Below, in pieces: positions 7,660-15,406 of a stretch of 16,675 nt of DNA. Source of the DNA: Candidatus Heimdallarchaeota archaeon (GTDB taxonomy: Archaea > Asgardarchaeota > Heimdallarchaeia > Heimdallarchaeales > Heimdallarchaeaceae). Below the pieces are notes generated by a model that was given only the letters and a program-made list of their open reading frames with translations, was not told the DNA's origin and did not search any database. The position numbers and the translations under genes were made by a program. How positions within the stretch are numbered: position 1 is the stretch's first letter; each line of letters begins with the position of its first letter. The stretch is taken from assembly GCA_021399395.1 (NCBI GenBank), contig JAAFKJ010000122.1, forward strand, positions 1 to 16,675, given 5' to 3'.

Positions 7660-8103
7660 ATGACAGTACGAACAAGAAAACGAGTAAGAAGAGAACGTGG
7701 TTACAGAACACATGGATGGGGAATAGTAAGAACCCATCGTAAAAGTGGTATGAGAGGTGGTGTTGGTAATGCTGGTCCAAAATCACATCATAAACTTCTC
7801 GTGATAAAAGGCATACGCCCCCCATTAGGTAAAAGGGGATTTGCTGTCCCTCCATCTGTTGTTGAGGATATCCCAGCAATTAATATATCTCATTTAGAAG
7901 CTATGTTACCAACTTTACTGAAAGAAGGTAAGATTACCAAAAAGGGTGAAGTTTTTGAGATTAATCTCATAGAACTAGGATATAAAAAGGTTCTAGCCCA
8001 AGGAAAAATCACTGTTGCAATGAACATTACAACAAAATATGCTTCTGAAAGAGCTGTTAGCAAAGTTAAAGCTGCAGGTGGAAAAGTAAAATTACTAGAG
8101 TAA
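7660..8103 (+). CDS. rpl15: 50S ribosomal protein uL15
   Basis: RG.RTHGWG...HRKSG.RGG.GNAG, GYKKVL..G, SE.A..KV.AAGG motifs; ATG 7660. Confidence 0.97.
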   Translation: MTVRTRKRVRRERGYRTHGWGIVRTHRKSGMRGGVGNAGPKSHHKLLVIKGIRPPLGKRGFAVPPSVVEDIPAINISHLEAMLPTLLKEGKITKKGEVFEINLIELGYKKVLAQGKITVAMNITTKYASERAVSKVKAAGGKVKLLE

Positions 8104-8133
8104 TTACTTTCCACTTTTAATTTCTTTTTTATT
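8104..8133 (+). terminator. T-rich putative terminator ending the spc unit after rpl15
   Basis: TTACTTTCCACTTTTAATTTCTTTTTTATT directly after the stop. Confidence 0.55.
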
Positions 8134-8144
8134 GGATTTCAATC

Positions 8145-8165
8145 CGAAAACCTTTTGTTTATATG
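8145..8165 (+). promoter_or_regulatory. Putative promoter for the kinase-like gene (probably leaderless)
   Basis: TTTATATG at 8158-8165 is centred about 26 nt before ATG 8187; no SD present. Confidence 0.45.
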
Positions 8166-8186
8166 CAATAAGCTGAATTGGAAACT

Positions 8187-8801
8187 ATGAAAATTTTCAT
8201 TCTTGTAGGTTTACAGTTGAGCGGGAAATCATCTCATGGTCATAGGTTGAGAGAGGAAGAGAAAGTGCCTATGGTTGAGACTGGACATGCAGTTTATCAT
8301 GAGCTCAAACGGCAAAATCTTGAAGTAAACCACAAAAATACAACTCAAGTAATTTTATCTCTTTTGTCACGAGATCCTACAGCTTTTACACAAACCATCT
8401 TGGATTATGAAGAAGACATATATGAAAATTCGTCGATATTAATACTCAATGGAGTAAAATCTCCAGCTGAAATCAATTATACAAGGAAAAGATTTGGAAA
8501 GGAAAATGTAACAGTTCTTGGCTTTCATGCAGGCCAAAAAACTAGATATAACAGAGTTACTAACCCAGATCGTTTTACAGTTTCTGGTAATTTTCTAGAG
8601 AAAACTCAAGAGGACCAAGATCTTGCAAAATGGGATAATTTTCTTAGTCGAGATGTACGGGAGATAGGACTAGGCATTGGAAACGCTCTTGCTACTGCAA
8701 ATGAAATAATAATCACAGAAGATAACAATTGGCCATTCTATTCTTTTGAAATTTCCTATAATCATTTCCGTAACTATATTATGAATGGAGTAAAATCCTA
8801 A
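8187..8801 (+). CDS. P-loop NMP-kinase-fold protein, dephospho-CoA-kinase-like (UPF0200-like), divergent
   Basis: N-terminal beta strand plus GLQLSGKS Walker A; ILNGVKS..E, HA...TRY.R and F..RD.RE..LGIG.ALA.A match the archaeal UPF0200-type pattern as I recall it. Confidence 0.7.
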   Translation: MKIFILVGLQLSGKSSHGHRLREEEKVPMVETGHAVYHELKRQNLEVNHKNTTQVILSLLSRDPTAFTQTILDYEEDIYENSSILILNGVKSPAEINYTRKRFGKENVTVLGFHAGQKTRYNRVTNPDRFTVSGNFLEKTQEDQDLAKWDNFLSRDVREIGLGIGNALATANEIIITEDNNWPFYSFEISYNHFRNYIMNGVKS

Positions 8802-8817
8802 GACCATTTCAAAAAAT

Positions 8818-9831
8818 CTAAGTGTCTTTCTTCTTACTTGGATAAGTCCCACTTTCCATAACTACCCTTTTCACACTTGCTAGAAGGCCTTGATTTATAT
8901 CTTTTAGATTTTCAGAATCAAGCTGTGCTTCACCTAGCGCAACTAGTTCTTGTTTTAATGTAAATATCCCAACTAGTGCTCCCTTACTGAAATTATTTGT
9001 GAATTTTGACACACCGGGAATTGCTAGTGGCGCACCATGACACAGTGAATTTACAGAACTATCTTTAACAAAGATCTTTGGTAAGTGTGTGACTCCCATT
9101 TCCATTGGTAAAATTATGTTTCGGAGTGGAATTTCATCATTTTCTTCTTTTGACCACATATATGCATCATATAAATCATGAAGTGTGGCTAGATAGTTGT
9201 TCTCAGAGAAGGGACCAGATTTAACTCTTCTAAGTTCTTTCATATGCGCTCCACATGAAAGACTCTGACCGATATCATGTGCATACTTTCTTACATAAAA
9301 TCCTGCTTGACTTTTAACCCAGAAGAGAACCTCTCTATTCTTGATTTCTAAGACTTTATTTTCATACACTGTTCTAATTCTTAATACCCGTTTTACGCTC
9401 GAACGAAATGGTGGTCGTTGATAAATGTCTCCCACATACTCGTTCATCATTCCCCTAATTGTTTCTTCATCTACATCTTTGTGCAAGCGCATATTGCACA
9501 CATATTCTTTAGCTGCGAGCAACAATGTGCCTAAAATCTTTGTAGCTTTGCCCAGAGCAGTTGGAAGAACTCCTGTAACAAGTGGATCTAAAGTACCAGA
9601 ATGACCTGCCTTTTTTAGATTCAATATTTTCTTAACATAACTAACTACTTCATGGCTTGTTGGTCTAGGAGGTTTGTCGATATTAATAATTCCGTAATCC
9701 AATAGCTCTTCAATAGATCTTTCTGTTGGAATTTTCCCCCATCTATAATCAGTTGTATCACTTGATAACTCTACTATGGGTGCTAAATTATCATCCAATG
9801 AAAGTTTAGGGGGAGTATAGATTAAGGTCAT
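8818..9831 (-). CDS. cbf5: H/ACA RNA-guided pseudouridine synthase Cbf5 (TruB family, PUA domain)
   Basis: DKPPRPTSHEV, catalytic KAGHSGTLDP, YQRPP.RSSVKR.LR.R, GAHM.ELRR; C-terminal PUA domain (CHGA.LAIPGV). Confidence 0.97.
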   Translation of the reverse strand: MTLIYTPPKLSLDDNLAPIVELSSDTTDYRWGKIPTERSIEELLDYGIINIDKPPRPTSHEVVSYVKKILNLKKAGHSGTLDPLVTGVLPTALGKATKILGTLLLAAKEYVCNMRLHKDVDEETIRGMMNEYVGDIYQRPPFRSSVKRVLRIRTVYENKVLEIKNREVLFWVKSQAGFYVRKYAHDIGQSLSCGAHMKELRRVKSGPFSENNYLATLHDLYDAYMWSKEENDEIPLRNIILPMEMGVTHLPKIFVKDSSVNSLCHGAPLAIPGVSKFTNNFSKGALVGIFTLKQELVALGEAQLDSENLKDINQGLLASVKRVVMESGTYPSKKKDT

Positions 9832-9855
9832 CTTTAACCAACTGTAAAAAATAGG

Positions 9856-9869
9856 GATATAAAGTTTGA
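9856..9869 (-). promoter_or_regulatory. Putative promoter of cbf5 (near-leaderless)
   Basis: Minus strand reads CAAAC-TTTATATC, about 25-30 nt upstream of the cbf5 ATG. Confidence 0.45.
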
Positions 9870-9881
9870 GGATATCTATAT

Positions 9882-10163
9882 TTATACCTTGGGAACAATT
9901 TTTTCTTCCATGTAATCCTTCAAACTTCCAGCTTCTATCGCTGCTGAAACTTCTTCGTCTGTTGCATCTCTCTTAACAGAAACTACTTTGTCAGTAGGTT
10001 CAAGGTGTCTGATATTGCATTTTCTTCGACGAACTGAAGTCATTTTTTTGGGGCCAGTAAGTAGGACATAATTTGGATCAATTATATTTATGATAACTCC
10101 TTTTTTACCAGCTTCTCTTCCATTAGTTTTTACAACTACTCTTCCAATTTGAATTGCTGTCAT
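9882..10163 (-). CDS. rpl14e: 50S ribosomal protein eL14
   Basis: IGRVVVKT.GREAGKK.VI..IID.NYVLLTGP...VRRRKCNI.HLEPT. Confidence 0.97.
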   Translation of the reverse strand: MTAIQIGRVVVKTNGREAGKKGVIINIIDPNYVLLTGPKKMTSVRRRKCNIRHLEPTDKVVSVKRDATDEEVSAAIEAGSLKDYMEEKIVPKV

Positions 10164-10714
10164 TTTTCTTCACTTTTCATTTTTTTTTCAAATGCTAATA
10201 GTATAATCTGAACACAGTCAGTTGCACTGAATCTTTGTGAATTTAAGATTATATCGTATATAGTTAAATCAGAAATATCGATATTATACAGTTTTTGATA
10301 TCTGCTTTTTTCTGATTCTTCTCTTGTGTCTGTTTCATGACGGGTTTGTTCTGTTGATTTTAGCTCTCTTAGAGTTATTCTATCAATCCGTGTATCAAAT
10401 GGAGCTGTTATGTAGACTAACATATCTGCTATATCTTTCAGCATCCATCCACCCAGTTGTGCATCAATAACAATGTTGTTTTTTGATTCTGCAATTTCAA
10501 CTGTTTTATCGTCAATAAATTTGTCAATTTCATCTTGTAATTCAGCTTTTTTGCTGAATTCTGCGAGATTCATGTTGGCGTTATCTGCCATACTTCTGAA
10601 TAGTTCCCCAGCTGAAATATACTCATAGTTAAGTTCTTCTGCAATTCTTTTAGCAGCTGTACTTTTACCTGATCCGTGGGGACCTGAAACAGCGATGATT
10701 GGCAAACTAGCCAC
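10160..10714 (-). CDS. cmk: Cytidylate kinase (archaeal type)
   Basis: SGPHGSGKST P-loop, SAGELFR.MA, ID..ID, RY.KLYNIDI.D..IYD; lies between eL34 and eL14. The start may be TTG at 10705 given SD spacing. Confidence 0.93.
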   Translation of the reverse strand: MASLPIIAVSGPHGSGKSTAAKRIAEELNYEYISAGELFRSMADNANMNLAEFSKKAELQDEIDKFIDDKTVEIAESKNNIVIDAQLGGWMLKDIADMLVYITAPFDTRIDRITLRELKSTEQTRHETDTREESEKSRYQKLYNIDISDLTIYDIILNSQRFSATDCVQIILLAFEKKMKSEEK

Positions 10715-10721
10715 CTCCTCC

Positions 10722-10982
10722 CTAGTCGCTGCGTACTTCGGCTTTAATAGCGCCTTTCAGACATCTGGAGCACAAATAACCTGCATGAACTCTAGATGGA
10801 AGACGTTCAGAGCGTGACATTTTTCTTACTCTATTTTGTCGACCGAAGGCTACTCCATGTAGAATAGCTCCACATTTAGAACAATGTGGTTTTTTAGTTC
10901 TTTTTTCGATTTTCACTAATTTTGTTTCAGATGGGATTCTTCTCAATCTTGTTTTTGCGACTCGTAACGAAGGTTTAACCAT
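10722..10982 (-). CDS. rpl34e: 50S ribosomal protein eL34
   Basis: CSKCGAILHGV...SER.PSR..AGYLCSRC zinc motifs; canonical position; ATG 10982 (or 10988). Confidence 0.92.
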   Translation of the reverse strand: MVKPSLRVAKTRLRRIPSETKLVKIEKRTKKPHCSKCGAILHGVAFGRQNRVRKMSRSERLPSRVHAGYLCSRCLKGAIKAEVRSD

Positions 10983-10997
10983 TTTCATTCCTCACGT

Positions 10998-11690
10998 TCA
11001 TTTGTTCTTAGAACTTGTTTTCTTTTTAGCTAACTCAGCTTTAGCTGTTGAAACAGGTGTTTTAATTTGTTTATGTTCTGGTTTCTTTATTTTGGTTTTG
11101 GTTGCACCTGAAGGGGTGACACCAAATATCCTTGAAATTATGGATCCAAAAGCGAATGCTGAAATAAAGTACCATAATGTAAATGAAACTTTTGAAAATA
11201 TTCGTCCATTATATTCTTCCTGTCCTAACCAAGATGATTGTCCTATCCAAGGGAAATCCCCTAGATTGAAAGGTAACCAAGCATAGTAATGACCAAATTC
11301 ACCTACAGGGAATGCATTTCTAAGTATTGCAAATATCAGTAGGAATGGTATAGTTGTAAATAACATGGGCTTCATACGTTTAAACATCATAGATGATTGC
11401 ATCTTCTTAATACGTTCCTCATCTCTTTTAACGCTTAACCACAGTTTTTTATCAGCAGTAGACATAGCTTGTTTCTTGCGTTTATTCCATTCATTGACTT
11501 TTTGCATGCTTTCTTTTAATGCATCAACATCTGTAACTAATCTAGTGATAAAGGTCGATAAAATTGCAATTAGAATTGCAGTTATCGCTATTATCCATGC
11601 AGATGTTGGACGTTGATTCAAATCATTTCTTATCATCCAATCTGTAATACCTTGAAACCAATCATCCCAGAATGCCATAATTAAAACCAT
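10998..11690 (-). CDS. DUF106 / EMC3-TMCO1 (Oxa1 superfamily) membrane insertase-like protein
   Basis: TM1, coiled coil, MKPMLFTTIPFLLIF, LPF and WYFISAF...SRIFG; conserved location upstream of eL34; Lys-rich C-terminal tail. Confidence 0.88.
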   Translation of the reverse strand: MVLIMAFWDDWFQGITDWMIRNDLNQRPTSAWIIAITAILIAILSTFITRLVTDVDALKESMQKVNEWNKRKKQAMSTADKKLWLSVKRDEERIKKMQSSMMFKRMKPMLFTTIPFLLIFAILRNAFPVGEFGHYYAWLPFNLGDFPWIGQSSWLGQEEYNGRIFSKVSFTLWYFISAFAFGSIISRIFGVTPSGATKTKIKKPEHKQIKTPVSTAKAELAKKKTSSKNK

Positions 11691-11722
11691 ATTCTGTGCT
11701 TATTATTTCAGAATTTATTTGC

Positions 11723-11738
11723 TTTTTAAAAGCTTTTG
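11723..11738 (-). promoter_or_regulatory. Putative promoter for the DUF106-rpl34e-cmk-rpl14e unit
   Basis: Minus strand reads CAAAAG-CTTTTAAAAA, about 35 nt upstream of ATG 11690. Confidence 0.5.
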
Positions 11739-11766
11739 TAACTTGAGTATATTGGAGCCTATAAAA

Positions 11767-12492
11767 TTACTGTATTTTATTCCTTAGAAGTAGGAAAATA
11801 TTATCATCACCTTTTACTCCTCCAAGTTTAGAAAGATTAACTATCTCAAAACCACTTCTTTGTACAATATTCACTAATTCTCGTTTTGTAAATAAGTGAT
11901 AATATCTCTCAGCAACGATTTTTCTATTATTGTCAAACCAAGGCAAATAAATGTCTCCATGCCTCCATAATCTGTTTCTCAGTTTTTTATGGGGATAGAA
12001 TATTACCTCTTTGAGCATCTTTCTCCTTGATCCTTTCTTCCACCTTCTCCAACATGATACTATTAGATAATTATTCTTCTTCAAAGTGCTACGAATACTC
12101 CTTAGTACTTCTACAACATCATTTTTGTTTCTTAGATGGTGGAGTGTTGCTATACATAGTGCTAAATCTGCAAAATTGTTTATTAGAGAGAGAAATTTCA
12201 TATCACTGTTCACACGGTAAATTTTGTTTTCTTCCAAGGTGATGGCATTATGTAATAGTTCAAAGGAAATGTCAATCCCTATGTGTTCCCATTTTTGATC
12301 TTCAAAGAAGAGAAGATTTCTACAATTACCCGTTCCTATATCAAGCATAATTCCAGATGTGGGAATTGTGTAACTTTGACTAATTTGCATCATAAATTGT
12401 AGAAAATCTTTCCATGGTTTCGTCTTTAAACTTGTGTACTTTGGGGAGATTTTTCTGTATGCCTCTATAAGTTCGTAATCCACATCTTTCAA
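11767..12492 (-). CDS. Class I SAM-dependent methyltransferase, Trm9/ALKBH8-like
   Basis: Y.KI...Y.....KPW, LDIGTGN, GIDIS, D.ALCIATLHHL, DIYLPW and RYYHLF...EL motifs; TTG start uncertain. Confidence 0.8.
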   Translation of the reverse strand: MKDVDYELIEAYRKISPKYTSLKTKPWKDFLQFMMQISQSYTIPTSGIMLDIGTGNCRNLLFFEDQKWEHIGIDISFELLHNAITLEENKIYRVNSDMKFLSLINNFADLALCIATLHHLRNKNDVVEVLRSIRSTLKKNNYLIVSCWRRWKKGSRRKMLKEVIFYPHKKLRNRLWRHGDIYLPWFDNNRKIVAERYYHLFTKRELVNIVQRSGFEIVNLSKLGGVKGDDNIFLLLRNKIQ

Positions 12493-12524
12493 GATGAATT
12501 GTCAATGTCTTGGTCCTTTATCAA

Positions 12525-12558
12525 CTTTATTTATAACTGAATAAGAAATTTTATATAT
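12525..12558. promoter_or_regulatory. Back-to-back TATA-like boxes for the divergent methyltransferase and oxidoreductase genes
   Basis: Minus strand TTATAAAT at 12529-12536; plus strand AAGAAAT-TTTATATA at about 12543-12556. Confidence 0.45.
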
Positions 12559-12600
12559 TCACTTGTCTTTACTCAAAACGAGTAAATATCTTTAAGGTTG

Positions 12601-13560
12601 ATGAGAAAAATGGAAACACTCAACATAGCTGTAATAGGTGTAGGAAGCTGGGGAAAGAATCATGCTAGAGTTTTTAGTGAAATGGAAAACGTAAATCTTC
12701 ACAGTATTCATGATTTAAATTACAATCATGCATCTGAATTAGCTAAAATACATAATACTCAAGCGATTAAAAATCTTGATGATTTATTGAAAAATGAAGA
12801 AATTGATGCCATAACTATCGCAACACCTACTTCAGCACATGCTGAAATAGCTTTACAAGCTATAGGGTATGGTAAACATGTTCTTGTTGAGAAACCAATG
12901 ACAAGCACAATTGAAGAAGCTGAAAAGATTCTTGATGCTGAAAAACAAAACAATGTTATTGTTTCAGTTGGATTTATAGAACGTTTTAATCCTATTGTTT
13001 ATCGATCTAAACAACTTATTCAGAATGAGGAACTGGGAGAACTTGTTCTCATAAGTGCAAGAAGATTAGGACCATATTGGCCAGATAGATTGAAAGATGT
13101 AGATGTTATTAGGGATGTAAGTATCCATGATATAGATGCTTTCAGATATTTGATTTCTAAAGAGCCAAAATCAGTCTATGCTAGAGGTGGAAAACTGCGA
13201 CACACTTATCTCGACTATGCAGAAATTCTACTAGATTTTGGAAATGGAGTTACAGGTTTCATAGAATCCAATTACCTTACACCACATAAACTTAGAAAAC
13301 TAATGTTAACATGTGAAAAGGGGATTGTTGAGGCAGATTATATCTCTCAAGAGTATGTTATTGAAGATGCGGAATGGTTAAGAAACAAGAAAATGCAATG
13401 GCAAGAACCCCTAAGTAAAGAAATGAATGCATTTATTGAAGCATGTCGAGGGAATGCTCCACCTGTTGTAACTTCCTTAGATGGTATTAATGCCTTGAAA
13501 ATCGCTCTATCTTCTATCCTAAGTATAGAAAGTCATAAAGTAATTGATTTAGATCTGTGA
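12601..13560 (+). CDS. Gfo/Idh/MocA family NAD(P)-dependent oxidoreductase, resembling UDP-N-acetylglucosamine 3-dehydrogenases
   Basis: VIGVGSWGKNHAR Rossmann motif, HVLVEKP, VGFIERFNP, D.SIHDID, NYLTPHKLRKL. Start is ATG 12601 or 12610. Substrate is inferred. Confidence 0.88.
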   Translation: MRKMETLNIAVIGVGSWGKNHARVFSEMENVNLHSIHDLNYNHASELAKIHNTQAIKNLDDLLKNEEIDAITIATPTSAHAEIALQAIGYGKHVLVEKPMTSTIEEAEKILDAEKQNNVIVSVGFIERFNPIVYRSKQLIQNEELGELVLISARRLGPYWPDRLKDVDVIRDVSIHDIDAFRYLISKEPKSVYARGGKLRHTYLDYAEILLDFGNGVTGFIESNYLTPHKLRKLMLTCEKGIVEADYISQEYVIEDAEWLRNKKMQWQEPLSKEMNAFIEACRGNAPPVVTSLDGINALKIALSSILSIESHKVIDLDL

Positions 13561-13609
13561 TGTAAAATAAGTAGAAAACAAAATGGAAAAATAAAAAGGG
13601 AAGGAGATT
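13561..13609 (-). terminator. Pyrimidine/T-rich putative terminator downstream of secY
   Basis: Plus strand is A/G-rich (AAAACAAAATGGAAAAATAAAAAGGG), which gives T-runs on the secY strand. Confidence 0.5.
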
Positions 13610-15073
13610 TTATTGCAAGCCTAAGAAGCCTGCTAGTGCAGGTACTGTTTCACTTACTTGCTCACTTGCAAATATCTCATAGTACTGTCTTAGAATTCCA
13701 GTAGTAAGAAGTATACCCGTACCCGTACCTAATGCTCCTAAGAAATCCGCAACTGCTGCTAGGACTCCTATAAAGAAACCTCCAAGCCATGCTGCTGTTG
13801 GAATATATCTTTCTAGATACCTTTCAACTATACGTGGATTCCTTCTGAAACCTGGTATTTGCATGTTGGCATCTAAGAGTTGCTTTGCAACATTTTTTGA
13901 GCTCATACCTGCCGTATCTATCCAGATCCGCGAGAATATACCACATAATGCTATCATTAGGAATAGATAGATGATTGCATTAACCGGATGCTGCGCCACT
14001 TGCTCCGGACCATACGGTGCCGTCGTCCATGATGCTAAACCGCTCGTAGGTGCCAGCTGTTCTTGCTGGCCCGTATCCGCAACATTTTCCCATCGACCGA
14101 AGAAGTTCACAAAGAAGTACTTGAACCCTGATTCTTCTTTTTCCCAGTTCGTAAACATTAGATTTGACACGAAATAAATATTAGCAAATAAAGCACTAAC
14201 TAAGATAACTGGAATATTTGATGTATATAGAAACTTGATTGGATATCTAGCTGGCATTTTGTATTGACTGTGTTGAACTGGAATTTCTATTTTAACAGAA
14301 TCAACGTAGATAACAATAGCAAAAACAACTATCGTAGCTAGTAATCCTATAAGATCGGGATTTCGCCCCACTCTACTAAAAGCATCCGCCACTTCCTGAC
14401 CCGGATTATCGCCGAACAATCCTTGGAAGAAAGCGATAACACAACCTCTGGATTGAGTATCCGTGTAATCTTTAAGACTAAACATACCATCAAAGATGTT
14501 GAATGATACACTTGCGGCGATAAAGAGACTTATACCACTCCCCATTCCGTATCCCTTCTGGATTACTTCATCCATTAGTAATATGATGAATCCCGCAACA
14601 AGGAGTTGCACGAGAATGAGCATAATATTTTGTATACCTAACTCCTCTCTTGCTCCGTAGGCTCCTCCAAGAATATATGCCAGAGCTTCGAAGATTGTCA
14701 TTAATACAGCTAGTATTTTTTGAGTTCCTGTATATAATGCTCTCTCTTCAGAATTTGTGAAATCTACTTTAATAATCTGTGATCCCACTAATAATTGCAT
14801 TATCAAACCTGCTGTTACTATAGGTCCTATTCCTAGTTCAGCTAAGGTTCCCCTTTGAGATGCTAATATCGCTCTCATGGCAAAAAATGGGTCTTTATTG
14901 TCTTCCCCTGCAGGAATACCTACAATAGGGATGTTGAGCATGGTCAAATATATTGCAAGAATTCCAAAAGTCCAAGCTATCTTCTTCTTGAAAGAAGGTT
15001 TCCTTGCAGGTTTCTTCACTTCAAAGATGAATCGTTGAAACGGTTTGAATAGTAGTAAGAATTTTGACGCCAT
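13610..15073 (-). CDS. secY: Protein translocase subunit SecY / Sec61-alpha
   Basis: GTLAELGIGPIVTAGLIMQLL, GSGISLFIA, YPIKFLYTSNIPVIL, IPGFRR and GTGTGILL motifs; about 10 hydrophobic segments. Confidence 0.98.
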   Translation of the reverse strand: MASKFLLLFKPFQRFIFEVKKPARKPSFKKKIAWTFGILAIYLTMLNIPIVGIPAGEDNKDPFFAMRAILASQRGTLAELGIGPIVTAGLIMQLLVGSQIIKVDFTNSEERALYTGTQKILAVLMTIFEALAYILGGAYGAREELGIQNIMLILVQLLVAGFIILLMDEVIQKGYGMGSGISLFIAASVSFNIFDGMFSLKDYTDTQSRGCVIAFFQGLFGDNPGQEVADAFSRVGRNPDLIGLLATIVVFAIVIYVDSVKIEIPVQHSQYKMPARYPIKFLYTSNIPVILVSALFANIYFVSNLMFTNWEKEESGFKYFFVNFFGRWENVADTGQQEQLAPTSGLASWTTAPYGPEQVAQHPVNAIIYLFLMIALCGIFSRIWIDTAGMSSKNVAKQLLDANMQIPGFRRNPRIVERYLERYIPTAAWLGGFFIGVLAAVADFLGALGTGTGILLTTGILRQYYEIFASEQVSETVPALAGFLGLQ

Positions 15074-15113
15074 TGAAACACCGGTTCGAATTCATTCTCA
15101 ATGAAGTTCTTCT

Positions 15114-15131
15114 ATTTATAAGCATTTTTCT
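15114..15131 (-). promoter_or_regulatory. Putative own promoter of secY
   Basis: Minus strand reads AGAAAAATGC-TTATAAAT, about 45 nt upstream of the ATG; GGTG SD at 15079-15082. Confidence 0.55.
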
Positions 15132-15240
15132 GTATGTTACAAACAGAGAAATTTTCTTTTTCTTGTCTAAAAGAAGAAATAGCACATCATGGTAATATTT
15201 TTAATATTATCAATTTACAAAGTGTATTGTTCAAAATGCA

Positions 15241-15325
15241 GCCAGGATACTCAAGCCTGGTATGAGGCTAGATTGGAAATCTAGTGTCGATAGACTCCGG
15301 GGTTCAAATCCCCGTCCTGGCTCCA
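15241..15325 (+). tRNA. tRNA-Ser(GGA), intronless, CCA encoded
   Basis: Acceptor GCCAGGA/TCCTGGC; D arm CTCA..TGAG; anticodon arm CTAGA-TTGGAAA-TCTAG (GGA at 15275-15277); variable arm GTC-GATA-GAC; T arm CGGGG-TTCAAAT-CCCCG; then T-CCA. Confidence 0.95.
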
Positions 15326-15357
15326 TCCATTCTTGATACTCTAGAGTTTTTGTCTTT

Positions 15358-15378
15358 GAAGCAAATGTTTAAAAAAAT
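15358..15378 (+). promoter_or_regulatory. Putative promoter of the rps13-rps4 (alpha) operon
   Basis: GCAAATG-TTTAAAAA (TATA at 15368-15375) predicts a start near 15398, just 5' of the structured region. Confidence 0.5.
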
Positions 15379-15406
15379 CTTCTACGCTCTCAAACTGAAG
15401 TCATTT

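Noticed and set aside
15322-15329. TCCATCCA as an integration (att) scar at the tRNA 3' end
   Set aside because: Only 4 bp are duplicated; I saw no integrase or longer tRNA-end copy in the window.
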